Shown here one piece after another: positions 46,604 through 57,003 of a stretch of DNA of 60,859 nucleotides. Source of the stretch: Patescibacteria group bacterium (GTDB lineage: Bacteria > Patescibacteriota > Microgenomatia > Daviesbacterales > UBA10151); contig CALRFD010000007.1 of assembly GCA_943356485.1 (NCBI GenBank), positions 1-60,859 of the forward strand. Reading direction: 5' to 3'. How positions within the stretch are numbered: position 1 is the stretch's first letter; each line of letters starts with the position of its first letter. The notes under the pieces are model-generated. The model ran no database searches. It saw nothing but the letters and a program-made list of their open reading frames with translations, and was not told the origin of the DNA. Made by a program: the position numbers and the translations under genes.

Positions 46604-47671
46604 TTATTCCAAATCAATTCTTTTTCTAAAACTATTTGTTGAGGCAACCATTCCTAAAGAAAAAAGCGTAGCAATCAATGAACTTCCACCATAAGAAATT
46701 AGGGGCAGAGTAATTCCTGTTATTGGAAGTAAACCTAAATTCATCCCAATATTTACAAAAAATTGAAAAACCAACATTGAAACCACACCTAAAATGACTA
46801 AACTGTTAAAAAAGTCTTTCTGTTTAGCCGCATTAATAAAACAATATATGAAAAGGTACGAATATAACGACAGGATTATTAACGACCCTAAAAACCCCAT
46901 CTCCTCCGCAATTGAGGCAAAGATAAAGTCTGTTCTAAATTCCGGTAAAAACTGTAACCTGGACTGAGTGCCCCTGCCTAAACCCCGGCCTAGAAACTGG
47001 CCAGAGCCTACTGCGATTGTAGACTGGATTAAATTATAACCACGACCCAACGGATCTGCTTGCGGTGATAAGAATGAGGTGATCCTTTGTTTTTGATAAT
47101 CATGTAAAAATATCCAGCTTATCGGAACAATGATTAAAATAATTAATCCCAAAATTAGGATCTTTTTAAATGAAACTCTTGCCGCAAATAACTCTCCGAT
47201 CCAAATTGCAATTAAGGTTAGTGATGATCCTAGATCAGGTTGCTTAAAAATTAGAAATATTAAAGGTAAGCTCCAAAAGACACTTTTAAAAATATTTTTC
47301 CAACTCGCTATATTTTTTGACCAGAACAAAGCTAATACTAAAATAAGCACCGGTTTGGCAAACTCAGAAGGTTGGATATTAAAAATACCGAGAGGTATCC
47401 ATCTGACTGATCCACGCGTTTCTATGCCTAAAAATAAAACCAAAAGCAACATTAAGATGGTTATTACATAAAGTGGAAGAATAAAACCTTTGAGTGATTT
47501 AATTTCCAAATGGGAAAAAGCCAGAAAGATCAAAATTCCAACTAAGGTAAACATCAACTGCTGAACTGCTAATTCCTTAGATGAAGAATATATAACCAGG
47601 ATACCAAAAGATATCAGCGATAAACTGCTTAGAATAATAGGAAAATTAACTAGACTTAAGGGCTTCATCAA
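46604..47671 (-). CDS. rodA: Rod shape-determining SEDS protein RodA
   Basis: QPSEFAK, QPDLG, GYNLIQS, LP.ISYGGS. Confidence 0.92.
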   Translation of the reverse strand: MMKPLSLVNFPIILSSLSLISFGILVIYSSSKELAVQQLMFTLVGILIFLAFSHLEIKSLKGFILPLYVITILMLLLVLFLGIETRGSVRWIPLGIFNIQPSEFAKPVLILVLALFWSKNIASWKNIFKSVFWSLPLIFLIFKQPDLGSSLTLIAIWIGELFAARVSFKKILILGLIILIIVPISWIFLHDYQKQRITSFLSPQADPLGRGYNLIQSTIAVGSGQFLGRGLGRGTQSRLQFLPEFRTDFIFASIAEEMGFLGSLIILSLYSYLFIYCFINAAKQKDFFNSLVILGVVSMLVFQFFVNIGMNLGLLPITGITLPLISYGGSSLIATLFSLGMVASTNSFRKRIDLE

Positions 47672-50561
47672 AAACTTTCTCTACTTTTAACTCAGATCCT
47701 TCTTTAATAGAAATAGACGCACTGCCTTTAAGAATCATTTCTTCATATGCTTTCGGCCAGTGGGGCGCAAAAATATTGGTTTTATCCTGAAGCGTTAAAC
47801 CCTGATCTTTCCGCAGTTGCTGGATTTGTCTGGTCAGATCCCTTGCTTCACCCTCCTGTTTAAGTTCCTCGGTCAAATTTGTATCCAAAACCACTTTTAA
47901 CTCCTTTTCCCCGTCTCTAAATATCACAGTTTTTACATTAACTTCTTCCGCCAATAGAACTTCCAAATCTTTATCCAATTTTTCTATACCAGAATATGTT
48001 AAAGATGCTAAGGGCTGGCGGAGTTTCAAATTTTCTTCTTTTCTTTGAGCATGACCCTTTTCTGCTATCTCCCTAACCAGCCTCATATCCCCTATTAATT
48101 TCTCATCCAGCAGCTCTTTATCTCCTTCCGGAAAATCCTGCAGATGCACAGACTGCTCAGCAACTAAGTTTTTAAAGATCTCCTCGGAGATAAAAGGTAA
48201 AAAAGGAGCAAGCAGTTTTGAGGTAGTAACTAAACATCCATACATCACAGAAAGACTAATCTTTTTATCCTCTTCTCCTGCTTCAAACCCAACCCTATCC
48301 CTTGACCTGCGGATATACCAGGTAGAAAAATCGTTGACGATAAAATCTTCAATCGCCCGGGACGATGAAACTGCATCAAACTTAACCAGCTGTTTATTTA
48401 TTAGCAAAGTCAGTGCAGTAAGCTTGGATAAAATCCATCTATCAAGTACTGTCAGTTTATCCTTAATATCAGAGTCGGTATTATTACAATCCCAATCAGC
48501 AAGATTTGCATAGTCAACAAAAAATTTATATGAGTTCCAAAGTATTAAATAAAATCTTCGCTTTACCTGCTCTGCTACATTTACACCAAAATTTAAATTA
48601 ATTTCCGGGTTTTGAGTCACATATAACCACCGCATAATATCAGCGCCAATATTATCAGCCGCTTCATTAAACTCAATTGAGTTGCCTTTTGATTTATGCA
48701 TGGCTTCCCCTTTTTCATCTAATAAAGAAGCAAACCCTAAAATATTTTTAAAAGGGGTTTCCTTTTTTAAAGCTGTACTCATCGCAATTAAAGAGTAAAA
48801 CCAATTTTTAAACTGACCGGGAAAACTTTCAGTAATAAAGTCTGATGGAAACCAATCTTTTGGCAGAGTAGAAAATGGGACAATACCGGCATCAAGCCAG
48901 GGATTTCCCACATCGGGAATTCTTAAAATAATCTCAGAACATTTTGAACACTTTATTTTGATCTGATCAATCCAGGGCCGATGGGGCGAGTTTCCCTCAA
49001 ATTTTTCAAAACCAGCCACAGCTTTTTCTTTAAGCTCTTCCATACTGCCAACAACCTCAAAATTCCCGCATTTTTCGCACTGCCAAATAGGCAAACTAAG
49101 TCCCCAATATCTCTTTTTGGAAATCAACCAGTCGTGCATATTTTTAAGCCAGTCTAACTCCCGATCCAGTCCCCATTTTGGAATCCAGTTTATACTTTTA
49201 ACCACCTCTACCATTTGCTCTCTGAATGTTTTGCCCGAAGTATCATCCCGATCCATAGCAATATACCACTCATCAACAACTCTCCAAACCAGCTCGGATT
49301 TACATCTCCAGCAGTTTGGATACCGGTGTTTAATCCTATGAGTTGTAAGCAAAAATTTGCCACCCTCTTTACTTTTTAGATAATCAATTATTACCTCCGG
49401 ATGTTTTTTACCATTGAATCCTGAAAAATCCTCCATTTTATCCATGTATACCGCTTCTTCATCAATTAATTCAATAACAGGTAGATTCAATTTCTTTCCC
49501 AACTTAAAATCTTCAGATCCGGCTCCGGTGGCCACATGCACCAATCCTGTTCCCTCTTCTGCGCTTATAGGTAAAATTAGATCATCTGTTTCAACTACTC
49601 TGTGTTGATATTCTCCTAATGCCTCATTAATTCTAGGTAAATGATCAAAAGGAGCATCGTATTCCAAGTCAACTAACTCCTTACCTTTTTTCTTTTCACC
49701 TTTGGTTCCATCTTTTGACAGAATTTGTTGCTCTTGCAATCTAGACAACGCCTTTTCCATAACCCATATTTTTTCTTCTCCAAGTTGATAAATTACATAG
49801 TCTTCTTTTGAGTTAACTGCTACAGCCACATTTGCCGGAACTGTCCAGGGAGTTGTTGTCCAAACTAAAAGGTATTCACCTCTCTTATTTCTTAGGGGTA
49901 ACTTGAAGAAAACTGATTCATGCACTATTTCTTTATAATCTTCGGTTAATATTTCATGCTGGGAAATAGCAGTCCCGCATCTGGGACACCAAGGCACACT
50001 ATCATGCCCTTTATAAAGCCAGCCTTTTTCATTTACTACCTTAATAAAATTCCAGATCGCATAATTGTTCTCATCTGAGGAGGTATGATAAGAATTATCC
50101 CAATCCATAAAATAACCCAGTCTTTTTGATTGCTCTGTTTGGATATTTGAAAATTTATTAACTCTTTCTTTACAAAGATTAATAAACTTCTCAAGACTCT
50201 TAAATTTATCCCCAGGGATTAAATTTTCAATATCTTTTTTACTGTGAAGACCTAACTCTTTTTCAACTTCAACCTCCACCCAAAGCCCTTGTTCATCAAA
50301 ACCATTTTGAAACCTCTGCGCAAACCCCTTCATATTAAAAAACCGCTGCCATAAATCTTTGTAAGTACGACCCCAGGCATGATGAACACCCATTGGGTTA
50401 TTGGCAGTAATAGGACCGTCTAAAAACGAGAATTTTTTATCAGATGATTTATTTTTACTTAGATATTTTTCAATAATTCCCTCTTTATCCCAATATTCAA
50501 GCAACTGCTTCTCAAGCGTCGGGAAATCAACCTGGGATAAAACTGGTTTGAACTTGCTCAT
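47646..50561 (-). CDS. ileS: Isoleucyl-tRNA synthetase (type 2)
   Basis: DGPITAN..MGVHH, WTTTPWT, AMHKSKGN, WYIRRSR. Confidence 0.95.
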   Translation of the reverse strand: MSKFKPVLSQVDFPTLEKQLLEYWDKEGIIEKYLSKNKSSDKKFSFLDGPITANNPMGVHHAWGRTYKDLWQRFFNMKGFAQRFQNGFDEQGLWVEVEVEKELGLHSKKDIENLIPGDKFKSLEKFINLCKERVNKFSNIQTEQSKRLGYFMDWDNSYHTSSDENNYAIWNFIKVVNEKGWLYKGHDSVPWCPRCGTAISQHEILTEDYKEIVHESVFFKLPLRNKRGEYLLVWTTTPWTVPANVAVAVNSKEDYVIYQLGEEKIWVMEKALSRLQEQQILSKDGTKGEKKKGKELVDLEYDAPFDHLPRINEALGEYQHRVVETDDLILPISAEEGTGLVHVATGAGSEDFKLGKKLNLPVIELIDEEAVYMDKMEDFSGFNGKKHPEVIIDYLKSKEGGKFLLTTHRIKHRYPNCWRCKSELVWRVVDEWYIAMDRDDTSGKTFREQMVEVVKSINWIPKWGLDRELDWLKNMHDWLISKKRYWGLSLPIWQCEKCGNFEVVGSMEELKEKAVAGFEKFEGNSPHRPWIDQIKIKCSKCSEIILRIPDVGNPWLDAGIVPFSTLPKDWFPSDFITESFPGQFKNWFYSLIAMSTALKKETPFKNILGFASLLDEKGEAMHKSKGNSIEFNEAADNIGADIMRWLYVTQNPEINLNFGVNVAEQVKRRFYLILWNSYKFFVDYANLADWDCNNTDSDIKDKLTVLDRWILSKLTALTLLINKQLVKFDAVSSSRAIEDFIVNDFSTWYIRRSRDRVGFEAGEEDKKISLSVMYGCLVTTSKLLAPFLPFISEEIFKNLVAEQSVHLQDFPEGDKELLDEKLIGDMRLVREIAEKGHAQRKEENLKLRQPLASLTYSGIEKLDKDLEVLLAEEVNVKTVIFRDGEKELKVVLDTNLTEELKQEGEARDLTRQIQQLRKDQGLTLQDKTNIFAPHWPKAYEEMILKGSASISIKEGSELKVEKVFDEALKSS

Positions 50562-50607
50562 ATCCTGATAATTTTACTTTTCTAGTTAAAGAAAGGCAAG
50601 TTTTGTT

Positions 50608-51432
50608 TTAATCTTCCTGTCTAACTAATTTACTTCTTAAATCCAGATACCATTTTGCATGGCTTGTTTTGATGGGTTGAATAATGTCTGCAATATGGTC
50701 AGAAATCTGAATTAAATTTAAATCGTCTTCGCTTATGAGTAATTTCCTTTCCCTTGCAAAACGTTTATGATACATCTCATTATTCCAGGCCTCAATTAAG
50801 GGTAACCAAGCCGGGTGGGCTATTATTGGATAATCTTTTTCCAAATGCCCAACCTGCCGAAGCTGCAGAACCATTGCCAACTCCAGCAATGTTCCTACTC
50901 CTCCCGGAGCATTATATGCAGCCCGGGTCTTATCTAAAAATTCCTGAAGTCTGGGCGGAAAATCCTCATGCGTAGTAGAGATATGCGCCAGTCCGTTCGC
51001 GTCCTCTGTATTTGGTAAATCTATATTTATCCCAAGATTCTTACTTTTTATTGTATGACCATTTTCTTTAGCTTCATTAATAGCAAAAAGCGTACCTTCA
51101 TGCGCAGCTCTCATCACACCTGGCCCACCTCCGGTAACTATGTCTATTCCTACTTCTTCAATTCTAACTTCTTTAACAAGTGAGCAGGATAAATCTCTAA
51201 CAAATTGAAACTCTTCATCGCCTCCATCAAATCTGGCACTCCCAAAAATGGCAATCCGGTAAAATCTAGCCAGATCCATCCTTAAAAAATCTTTTCTTGC
51301 CTCCTGCAGTTCTTTATAGGCATTTTGCACTCTTTTTTGTGCGCTCTTATACTCTACGTTACCTACTGTAATTGATCCTGTTTGCGCAACTTCTTTATAT
51401 AGGAGATCTAGAGCTTCAAGTCTGTGTGACAT
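50608..51432 (-). CDS. LOG family (Rossmann-like nucleotide-binding) protein
   Basis: IFGSAR, VTGGGPGVM, PGGVGTLLE. Confidence 0.8.
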   Translation of the reverse strand: MSHRLEALDLLYKEVAQTGSITVGNVEYKSAQKRVQNAYKELQEARKDFLRMDLARFYRIAIFGSARFDGGDEEFQFVRDLSCSLVKEVRIEEVGIDIVTGGGPGVMRAAHEGTLFAINEAKENGHTIKSKNLGINIDLPNTEDANGLAHISTTHEDFPPRLQEFLDKTRAAYNAPGGVGTLLELAMVLQLRQVGHLEKDYPIIAHPAWLPLIEAWNNEMYHKRFARERKLLISEDDLNLIQISDHIADIIQPIKTSHAKWYLDLRSKLVRQED

Positions 51433-51442
51433 TAAGTAACTT

Positions 51443-52594
51443 CTATCTATTACTCCTTAAAAATGCCGGAATTTCCAGATCTTCTTCATCATCTTTTCTC
51501 TCTGCCTCTTCCTCTGCGTCAGAAACTGTCTGTGGTTTTTGATCTTCTTCTTCCGGTTCTTCTTCATACGAAGGCTGCTGTTGAGCTCTTGCCTGAGGTT
51601 GAGCAAAGCCTGTTCCGATATACTCTCTTAGTCTTCGTCTGGTTTCATCAAATCCGGTGGCAATTACAGAAATTTTAATCTGATCCAACTGATCCTCTTT
51701 GATAGTTGCGCCAAAAATTATATTAGCATCAGGATCTGCAGCCTGGGCAATAATTTGAGCAGCCTCGTTAACCTCTGTCATAGAAAGATCTGCTCCGCCG
51801 ACTATATTAAAAAGCACTCCTTTGGCTCCTTCAATTGAGACTTCCAAAAGAGGAGAGGCAATAGCCATTCTGGCCGCCGCAGCTGCCCTATTTTCACCGC
51901 CGGCAACACCAATACCCATCAGCGCCGATCCGGCATTACTCATGATAGTTTTAACATCAGCAAAATCAACGTTAATAAGTCCCGGCATAGTTATTAGATC
52001 CGAGATACCCTGCACTCCCTGACCTAAAACAGAATCAGCCAGTCTAAAAGCCTCCTGTAAAGTAATATTTTTATCCACTGTTTCAAGCAGTCTTTGATTT
52101 GGGATAATGATTAAAGCGTCCACCTTGTCTTTTAGTTTTTCTATCCCCTCCTCAGCTGCTACCATCCTTCTGGTTCCTTCAAAGGTAAAAGGCTTAGTTA
52201 CAACCGCTACCGTTAAAGCCCCCATACTCTTTGAGACCTGTGCCACGACCGGAATAGAGCCTGTTCCAGTACCTCCTCCCATTCCGGCAGTAAGAAAAAC
52301 CATATCCGCATCCGACATTACATCTTCCAGCTTCTGAGTAGACTCTTCAGCTGCTTGTCTGCCAACTTCCGGGTCTCCTCCTGAACCTAATCCTTTTGTT
52401 AAAAGCTCACCTATTTGTACTTTAGTGGGGGACTGATTATTCATCAGGGCTTGTGCATCGGTATTAATAGCCACGAATTCCACCCCCTGAATCTGCTGCA
52501 AAGATATCATCGAGTTAATAGAATTTGAACCACCACCACCAAGTCCGACAACTTTAATCTTAGCCAGCTTTTGAACATCAGGTTTAATTAACAT
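51443..52594 (-). CDS. ftsZ: Cell division protein FtsZ
   Basis: [23 protein letters not shown] tail; likely start 52594. Confidence 0.98.
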   Translation of the reverse strand: MLIKPDVQKLAKIKVVGLGGGGSNSINSMISLQQIQGVEFVAINTDAQALMNNQSPTKVQIGELLTKGLGSGGDPEVGRQAAEESTQKLEDVMSDADMVFLTAGMGGGTGTGSIPVVAQVSKSMGALTVAVVTKPFTFEGTRRMVAAEEGIEKLKDKVDALIIIPNQRLLETVDKNITLQEAFRLADSVLGQGVQGISDLITMPGLINVDFADVKTIMSNAGSALMGIGVAGGENRAAAAARMAIASPLLEVSIEGAKGVLFNIVGGADLSMTEVNEAAQIIAQAADPDANIIFGATIKEDQLDQIKISVIATGFDETRRRLREYIGTGFAQPQARAQQQPSYEEEPEEEDQKPQTVSDAEEEAERKDDEEDLEIPAFLRSNR

Positions 52595-52673
52595 AGTATT
52601 TAGTATTAGTTGACTTAAAACTCTTTCTAGGCAGAATATAGCAGATTCTAACAATCAATATCAATCCCGTAAA

Positions 52674-53975
52674 TTATGGCAAAAATGATTTCACCAAAGA
52701 AATTCCTTTTTGAATCAAACCTCTAATCGGCAAATTACCGGACAAAACAGGTATCCGCATCTCGTTTGAGCTTCCTTGCGCTGAGCCATACAATATTAAT
52801 CCCGCAGCTGTTGCAAAAGAGGAGGAATCTATTTCTTCTATCATACCGGATAATCCATCAATTTGGCCTAACCTGGCAGGAAATCCCAAAACATATTTTG
52901 CCTGATCCAACACGCCAACAGTCTGCGCTCCCCCTCCGCAAATCACTAAACCGGATGGAACCTGTGTGCCAAATCCGCTTTTTTTTATTTCCTTACCTAC
53001 ATATTTAAAAATTTCCTGAAGCCTGGGGCGGATTATCCCATCAATTACTGCTTTTTTAGAAATTTTTTGAACATCCTCAGTTAAGCCTAAAGCTTTAATA
53101 TCTAGAAAGCTCTCTTCTTTTTTCTTTGCAGAACCATTTTTAATATTTTCTTCTTCTATTTTTTCTGCCAGAGCCGGAGTTTTTTCTGTTTTTCCTAAGG
53201 ATACCTTAATCTTCTCTGCTGATTCTAAGGAAACTCTAATACCAACTGCCATATCAGAAGTTATATGGCGGGCACCGATCGGCACAACAGATGAATATGC
53301 AACGGAACCATCAATAAATATCACCACATCTGTTGTCTCTCCGCCTATATCGACCAGGACAACGCCTAATTCCTTTTCAGTATCAGTTAAAACTGCAATC
53401 GATGAAGCTATCCCTGAGAAGACCAACTCAATAACATCTATCCCCACCTCTGAAACACATTTAACTAAATTTCTCATCGAGGTAGATGAACCGGTTATTA
53501 TATGTGTTTCTGTCTCCAACCTTACTCCAGTCATTCCTATCGGGTCTTTAATTCCTTCCTGTCCATCAACAGTAAACGTTCTTGGGATAACATGCAGGAT
53601 TTCTCTGGAGGAGGGAAGAGGTATGGCTCTTGCAGCCTCATTTACCCGTTGGATATCGCTCGTTTTTATCTCACCCTCAGGCTCTGAAACAGCTACCACA
53701 GCATGCTGGTTGACACTTTCTATTTGTGGCCCGCCCAAGGCTATAAAACTGGAGGAAATTGAATATCCTGCCATTCTTTCTGCGGCCTCAACTGATTCTG
53801 TTATGGCGGCAACTGCTTCTTCAATATCAACCACCTGATTTTTCCTTACTCCTTTGGAAGGAGTACTGGATACACCTATCAGGTTTATTTTTCCATTATC
53901 ATCAACTGAAGCTATTAGCGTTGCTATTTTCGATGAACCTACATCAATTCCACATATTACTTTATCTTTAGCCAT
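52674..53975 (-). CDS. ftsA: Cell division protein FtsA
   Basis: GIDVGSSK, P.GMTG.RLE, VDIGG.TT. Confidence 0.96.
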   Translation of the reverse strand: MAKDKVICGIDVGSSKIATLIASVDDNGKINLIGVSSTPSKGVRKNQVVDIEEAVAAITESVEAAERMAGYSISSSFIALGGPQIESVNQHAVVAVSEPEGEIKTSDIQRVNEAARAIPLPSSREILHVIPRTFTVDGQEGIKDPIGMTGVRLETETHIITGSSTSMRNLVKCVSEVGIDVIELVFSGIASSIAVLTDTEKELGVVLVDIGGETTDVVIFIDGSVAYSSVVPIGARHITSDMAVGIRVSLESAEKIKVSLGKTEKTPALAEKIEEENIKNGSAKKKEESFLDIKALGLTEDVQKISKKAVIDGIIRPRLQEIFKYVGKEIKKSGFGTQVPSGLVICGGGAQTVGVLDQAKYVLGFPARLGQIDGLSGMIEEIDSSSFATAAGLILYGSAQGSSNEMRIPVLSGNLPIRGLIQKGISLVKSFLP

Positions 53976-53978
53976 AAC

Positions 53979-54806
53979 TTAATTCTTTTTGGGAACAAAT
54001 TTAACAATCGGTTTATCAAATCTAAGATCGATAAACGCAAGATTATCCCCATTTATTTTAGCTTTCTGCAGGATCAATTGTAAAGACGCAATTTGAACAT
54101 CCACATTCCCGTCTAATGAAAATATTACTCTTGGTAGCGAATCAACTATAAAAAGATTATTATAAATAGTCATACTTTTAACCTCTATTCCATTATTTCT
54201 AAGCTGATTTATAATTATCTGAGCTTTTTTTAAAGACTCATCCTGAAGTTGTACTCCAATTAAAAATCCTTTCTTAAAAAAATAAACCTTTGGATTATCC
54301 CCTAGAGTACTTTCTTTTGAAAACACCACACCCTCATCATCAACTATGTAGAAATCCCCAATTAAAGATGCTGAGGGCGTTGAGATATTTTCAATTAAGG
54401 ATGAAGCACTTGCCTCCCAATTATTAACTGAAATAAGCTGCATTGCGCTTTTACGCCCAATAATATTTATTCTTATCTTATTTGGTATTATTTTTGAAAA
54501 ATTAACATTTTTAATACAAATAAACTGCTTTTTTAAATCCTTACTGTCTTTTTCACCGTTAAATAATAATAAATTTCTACCCAGGATTCCTGATTTTTCC
54601 TTGATATAACTGTCCTCAACACAGTTTGCGTCCTCTTTCTGAAGATCAAAATTTTTAATAGCAAAAACTCTTGAGCGAAACACCATATAGCCGGCTGAAA
54701 CAAAAACAATTATTAAAAAGATTAGAAAAAATTTATGTGGATAATTGAATTTTCTTTTTTTGTTATTAATTAAATAGCTTTTTCTTTTCCACATACCTTT
54801 TATCAA
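53979..54806 (-). CDS. ftsQ: FtsQ/DivIB-like protein
   Basis: Single TM, POTRA-like region, IDLRF; between murG and ftsA. Confidence 0.75.
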   Translation of the reverse strand: MIKGMWKRKSYLINNKKRKFNYPHKFFLIFLIIVFVSAGYMVFRSRVFAIKNFDLQKEDANCVEDSYIKEKSGILGRNLLLFNGEKDSKDLKKQFICIKNVNFSKIIPNKIRINIIGRKSAMQLISVNNWEASASSLIENISTPSASLIGDFYIVDDEGVVFSKESTLGDNPKVYFFKKGFLIGVQLQDESLKKAQIIINQLRNNGIEVKSMTIYNNLFIVDSLPRVIFSLDGNVDVQIASLQLILQKAKINGDNLAFIDLRFDKPIVKFVPKKN

Positions 54807-55936
54807 ACCCTTCCAGCAAGCAGTAGTGTTTCCAACACTAATCTTTTCGCTGCATCATAGATAACTACAGATTTTGCAAATTTGGCTTTTTCTTTTATAG
54901 AATCTATATTCTTTAACATAAATTTCACCTTTTCAAACAGGCTTTCTGAAGATAAATTTGACTGATTAATTATTGCTGTCAAACCTAATTTTTCAAAAAA
55001 CTTTGCATTTTTAACTTGTTCGTCCTGGTAAAGGTAGGGTATTGGAATAACCAGCGCTGGTTTAGCCAGATAAGCCAACTCAGTTAAGGTATTAATTCCT
55101 GCCCGGGAAATTACCAAATCCGCTTTTTGCAAAACTTCAGCATAATCAGAGCCAAACCACTTTCTAACAGTATAGTTTCCGCCTGATGGCTTTGAGCTTT
55201 CCAATCTTTGTAATCTCTCGAAATCCATATATTTAGAATCACCTGTCTGATGATAAATATGGGCTATCTTTAGGAGCTTTTGCAAACAAGCCTCTATCAA
55301 CAAGTTTATACTGTGCGAACCCTGGTTCCCTCCCATAACTAAAATACTAGGCAATTTCGATACACCTCCGATGTGTACTAGCCCTGCCTGCCGGCAGGCA
55401 GGTTGGACACCTAAGGATATTTGAACAATTTCTTCCCTGATAGGGTTACCGGTTAAAACGACTTTTCCGCCTTTAAAGGAATTTCCCTCAAAAGACACAG
55501 CAATTTTATCTGCAAAAAAAGAGCTTATTTTATTGGCAAGACCAGATACTAAAGTTTGCTCATGAACTATAATTGGAATTGAAAAAAGCCATCCTATAAC
55601 TACTAGAGGGATGGCTACATATCCGCCGAACGATAAAATCACATCCGGCTTTTCTTTCAAAATAATAAAGAACCCTTGCGCAAAGCCAACTGGAATCTTA
55701 AGTAAGGAGGGAATTGTATAAAGAGTAAACGACCTTTGCAGTCTACCTGTAATTATCGAAATAAATTTAACTCCAAGTTTAGGCAAAACTTCAGATTCGA
55801 TAGATTTTGTCTTGTCTCCCTCCTGAGTCGTGCCTCTACCCACATAAACAATCTCTACTAAAGGATCCTGTTTTTTAAACTCTTCAATAACCGCAATAGC
55901 AGGAGTAAAGTGCGCACCGGTAATAAGTATTTTCAT
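54803..55936 (-). CDS. murG: MurG glycosyltransferase with in-frame repeat insertion
   Basis: SFGGYV, HEQ, TGNPIR, GGNQG, SRAG, Q..NA. Confidence 0.95.
   Translation of the reverse strand: MKILITGAHFTPAIAVIEEFKKQDPLVEIVYVGRGTTQEGDKTKSIESEVLPKLGVKFISIITGRLQRSFTLYTIPSLLKIPVGFAQGFFIILKEKPDVILSFGGYVAIPLVVIGWLFSIPIIVHEQTLVSGLANKISSFFADKIAVSFEGNSFKGGKVVLTGNPIREEIVQISLGVQPACRQAGLVHIGGVSKLPSILVMGGNQGSHSINLLIEACLQKLLKIAHIYHQTGDSKYMDFERLQRLESSKPSGGNYTVRKWFGSDYAEVLQKADLVISRAGINTLTELAYLAKPALVIPIPYLYQDEQVKNAKFFEKLGLTAIINQSNLSSESLFEKVKFMLKNIDSIKEKAKFAKSVVIYDAAKRLVLETLLLAGRV
55361..55417 (+). repeat. Composite family A element with nested 20-bp palindrome
   Basis: tacacctccgatgtgtactagc[cctgcctgccggcaggcagg]ttggacacctaagga. 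Confidence 0.92.
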
Positions 55937-55978
55937 TAAAATTAATCATACTCTATACATCACAGTTGTTCAACTTTT

Positions 55979-56007
55979 ACGCACCAAAGGCGACGCCTTG
56001 TGTGCGT
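55979..56007. repeat. REP-like palindrome family C upstream of RAYT2
   Basis: acgcac-ca-aaggcg-a-cgcctt-gt-gtgcgt. Confidence 0.8.
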
Positions 56008-56033
56008 GAATAATTTATGATATTCTGGAAATT

Positions 56034-56729
56034 GTGCCAGCCAGAAATTCAATTAAACAATATGTAGAAAATAGTTATTACCATATTTATAACCGTGGTG
56101 TTGAAAAAAGAAGGATCTTTTTAGAGGAACAGGACTATAGAGTATTTCTTTCCTACCTAAAGGAGTATTTATCTTTTAGAGACCAAAAAACTTTATCAAA
56201 AAAACTAGCAGATTATTCTATTTCTTATAAGGAAAGGGAGAGCATATTAAGAATTTTACACTTAAATAACTTTTATGATGAGATGACTCTTATGGCTTAC
56301 TGCCTAATGCCAAATCACTTCCACTTTTTTGTTAAACAAAGAAATGCTCTGTCCATAGATAAATTTATGAACTCATTATGCACCAGATATACTATGTATT
56401 TTAATAAAAAATATAAAATAGTTGAAGCTTTGTACCAAGGTGTGTATAAAGCAGTATATATTGAAAATGACGAACAATTTATCTACCTATCTAAATATAT
56501 CCACAAGCAATCATTTATTCATCTAGCCACTAAAGGCGACGCCTTGGGAGGCTGGGAACAACCTTCATCCTATCCAGAATATCTGGGTAAGAGAAAAACT
56601 GAGTGGATCCATCCTGAAGAAATATTAAGTTATTTTTCTAAAACAAACCCTAAACTTACATACAAATCTTTTGTTGAAGAAAAGGACGTTTTTTCAATCA
56701 TACAAAATAAGGTATTAGAAGAAATATAG
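56034..56729 (+). mobile_element. REP-associated tyrosine transposase (RAYT2)
   Basis: YHIYNRG, CLMPNHFHF, LSKYIH, SSY.EY; on the opposite strand inside the dcw cluster. Confidence 0.9.
56523..56555. repeat. Family C palindrome inside RAYT2 CDS
   Basis: Shares aaaggcgacgccttg with 55986-56000; encodes LATKGDALGGW. Confidence 0.82.
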
Positions 56730-56795
56730 GATTATAAAAGCTAACTAAGGAGCTTTCAATGAATCAACTTATATCGTACCAACTTCTTTTTCCAC

Positions 56796-56969
56796 TCACT
56801 GCCTCTTTACAACTTTTAACTTATACAGTGGTACTATACGGATAATTTTATTACGACCTTCAAGTACGAGTTGAACCTTTGTATCACCCGCTATTCCTCC
56901 AGACCCTGAAAATTCCTGCCAATACATAGGTGTATTAGAATGTGTTCCATCAAAATATTTTTCACTCAT
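56796..56969 (-). CDS. Possible 57-aa hypothetical protein
   Basis: MSEKYFDGTHSNTPMYWQEF...KRQ*, with TATAAT just upstream; no motif. Confidence 0.4.
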   Translation of the reverse strand: MSEKYFDGTHSNTPMYWQEFSGSGGIAGDTKVQLVLEGRNKIIRIVPLYKLKVVKRQ

Positions 56970-57003
56970 AAGGAATTATACACACAGAAACTATAAAGTC
57001 AGT

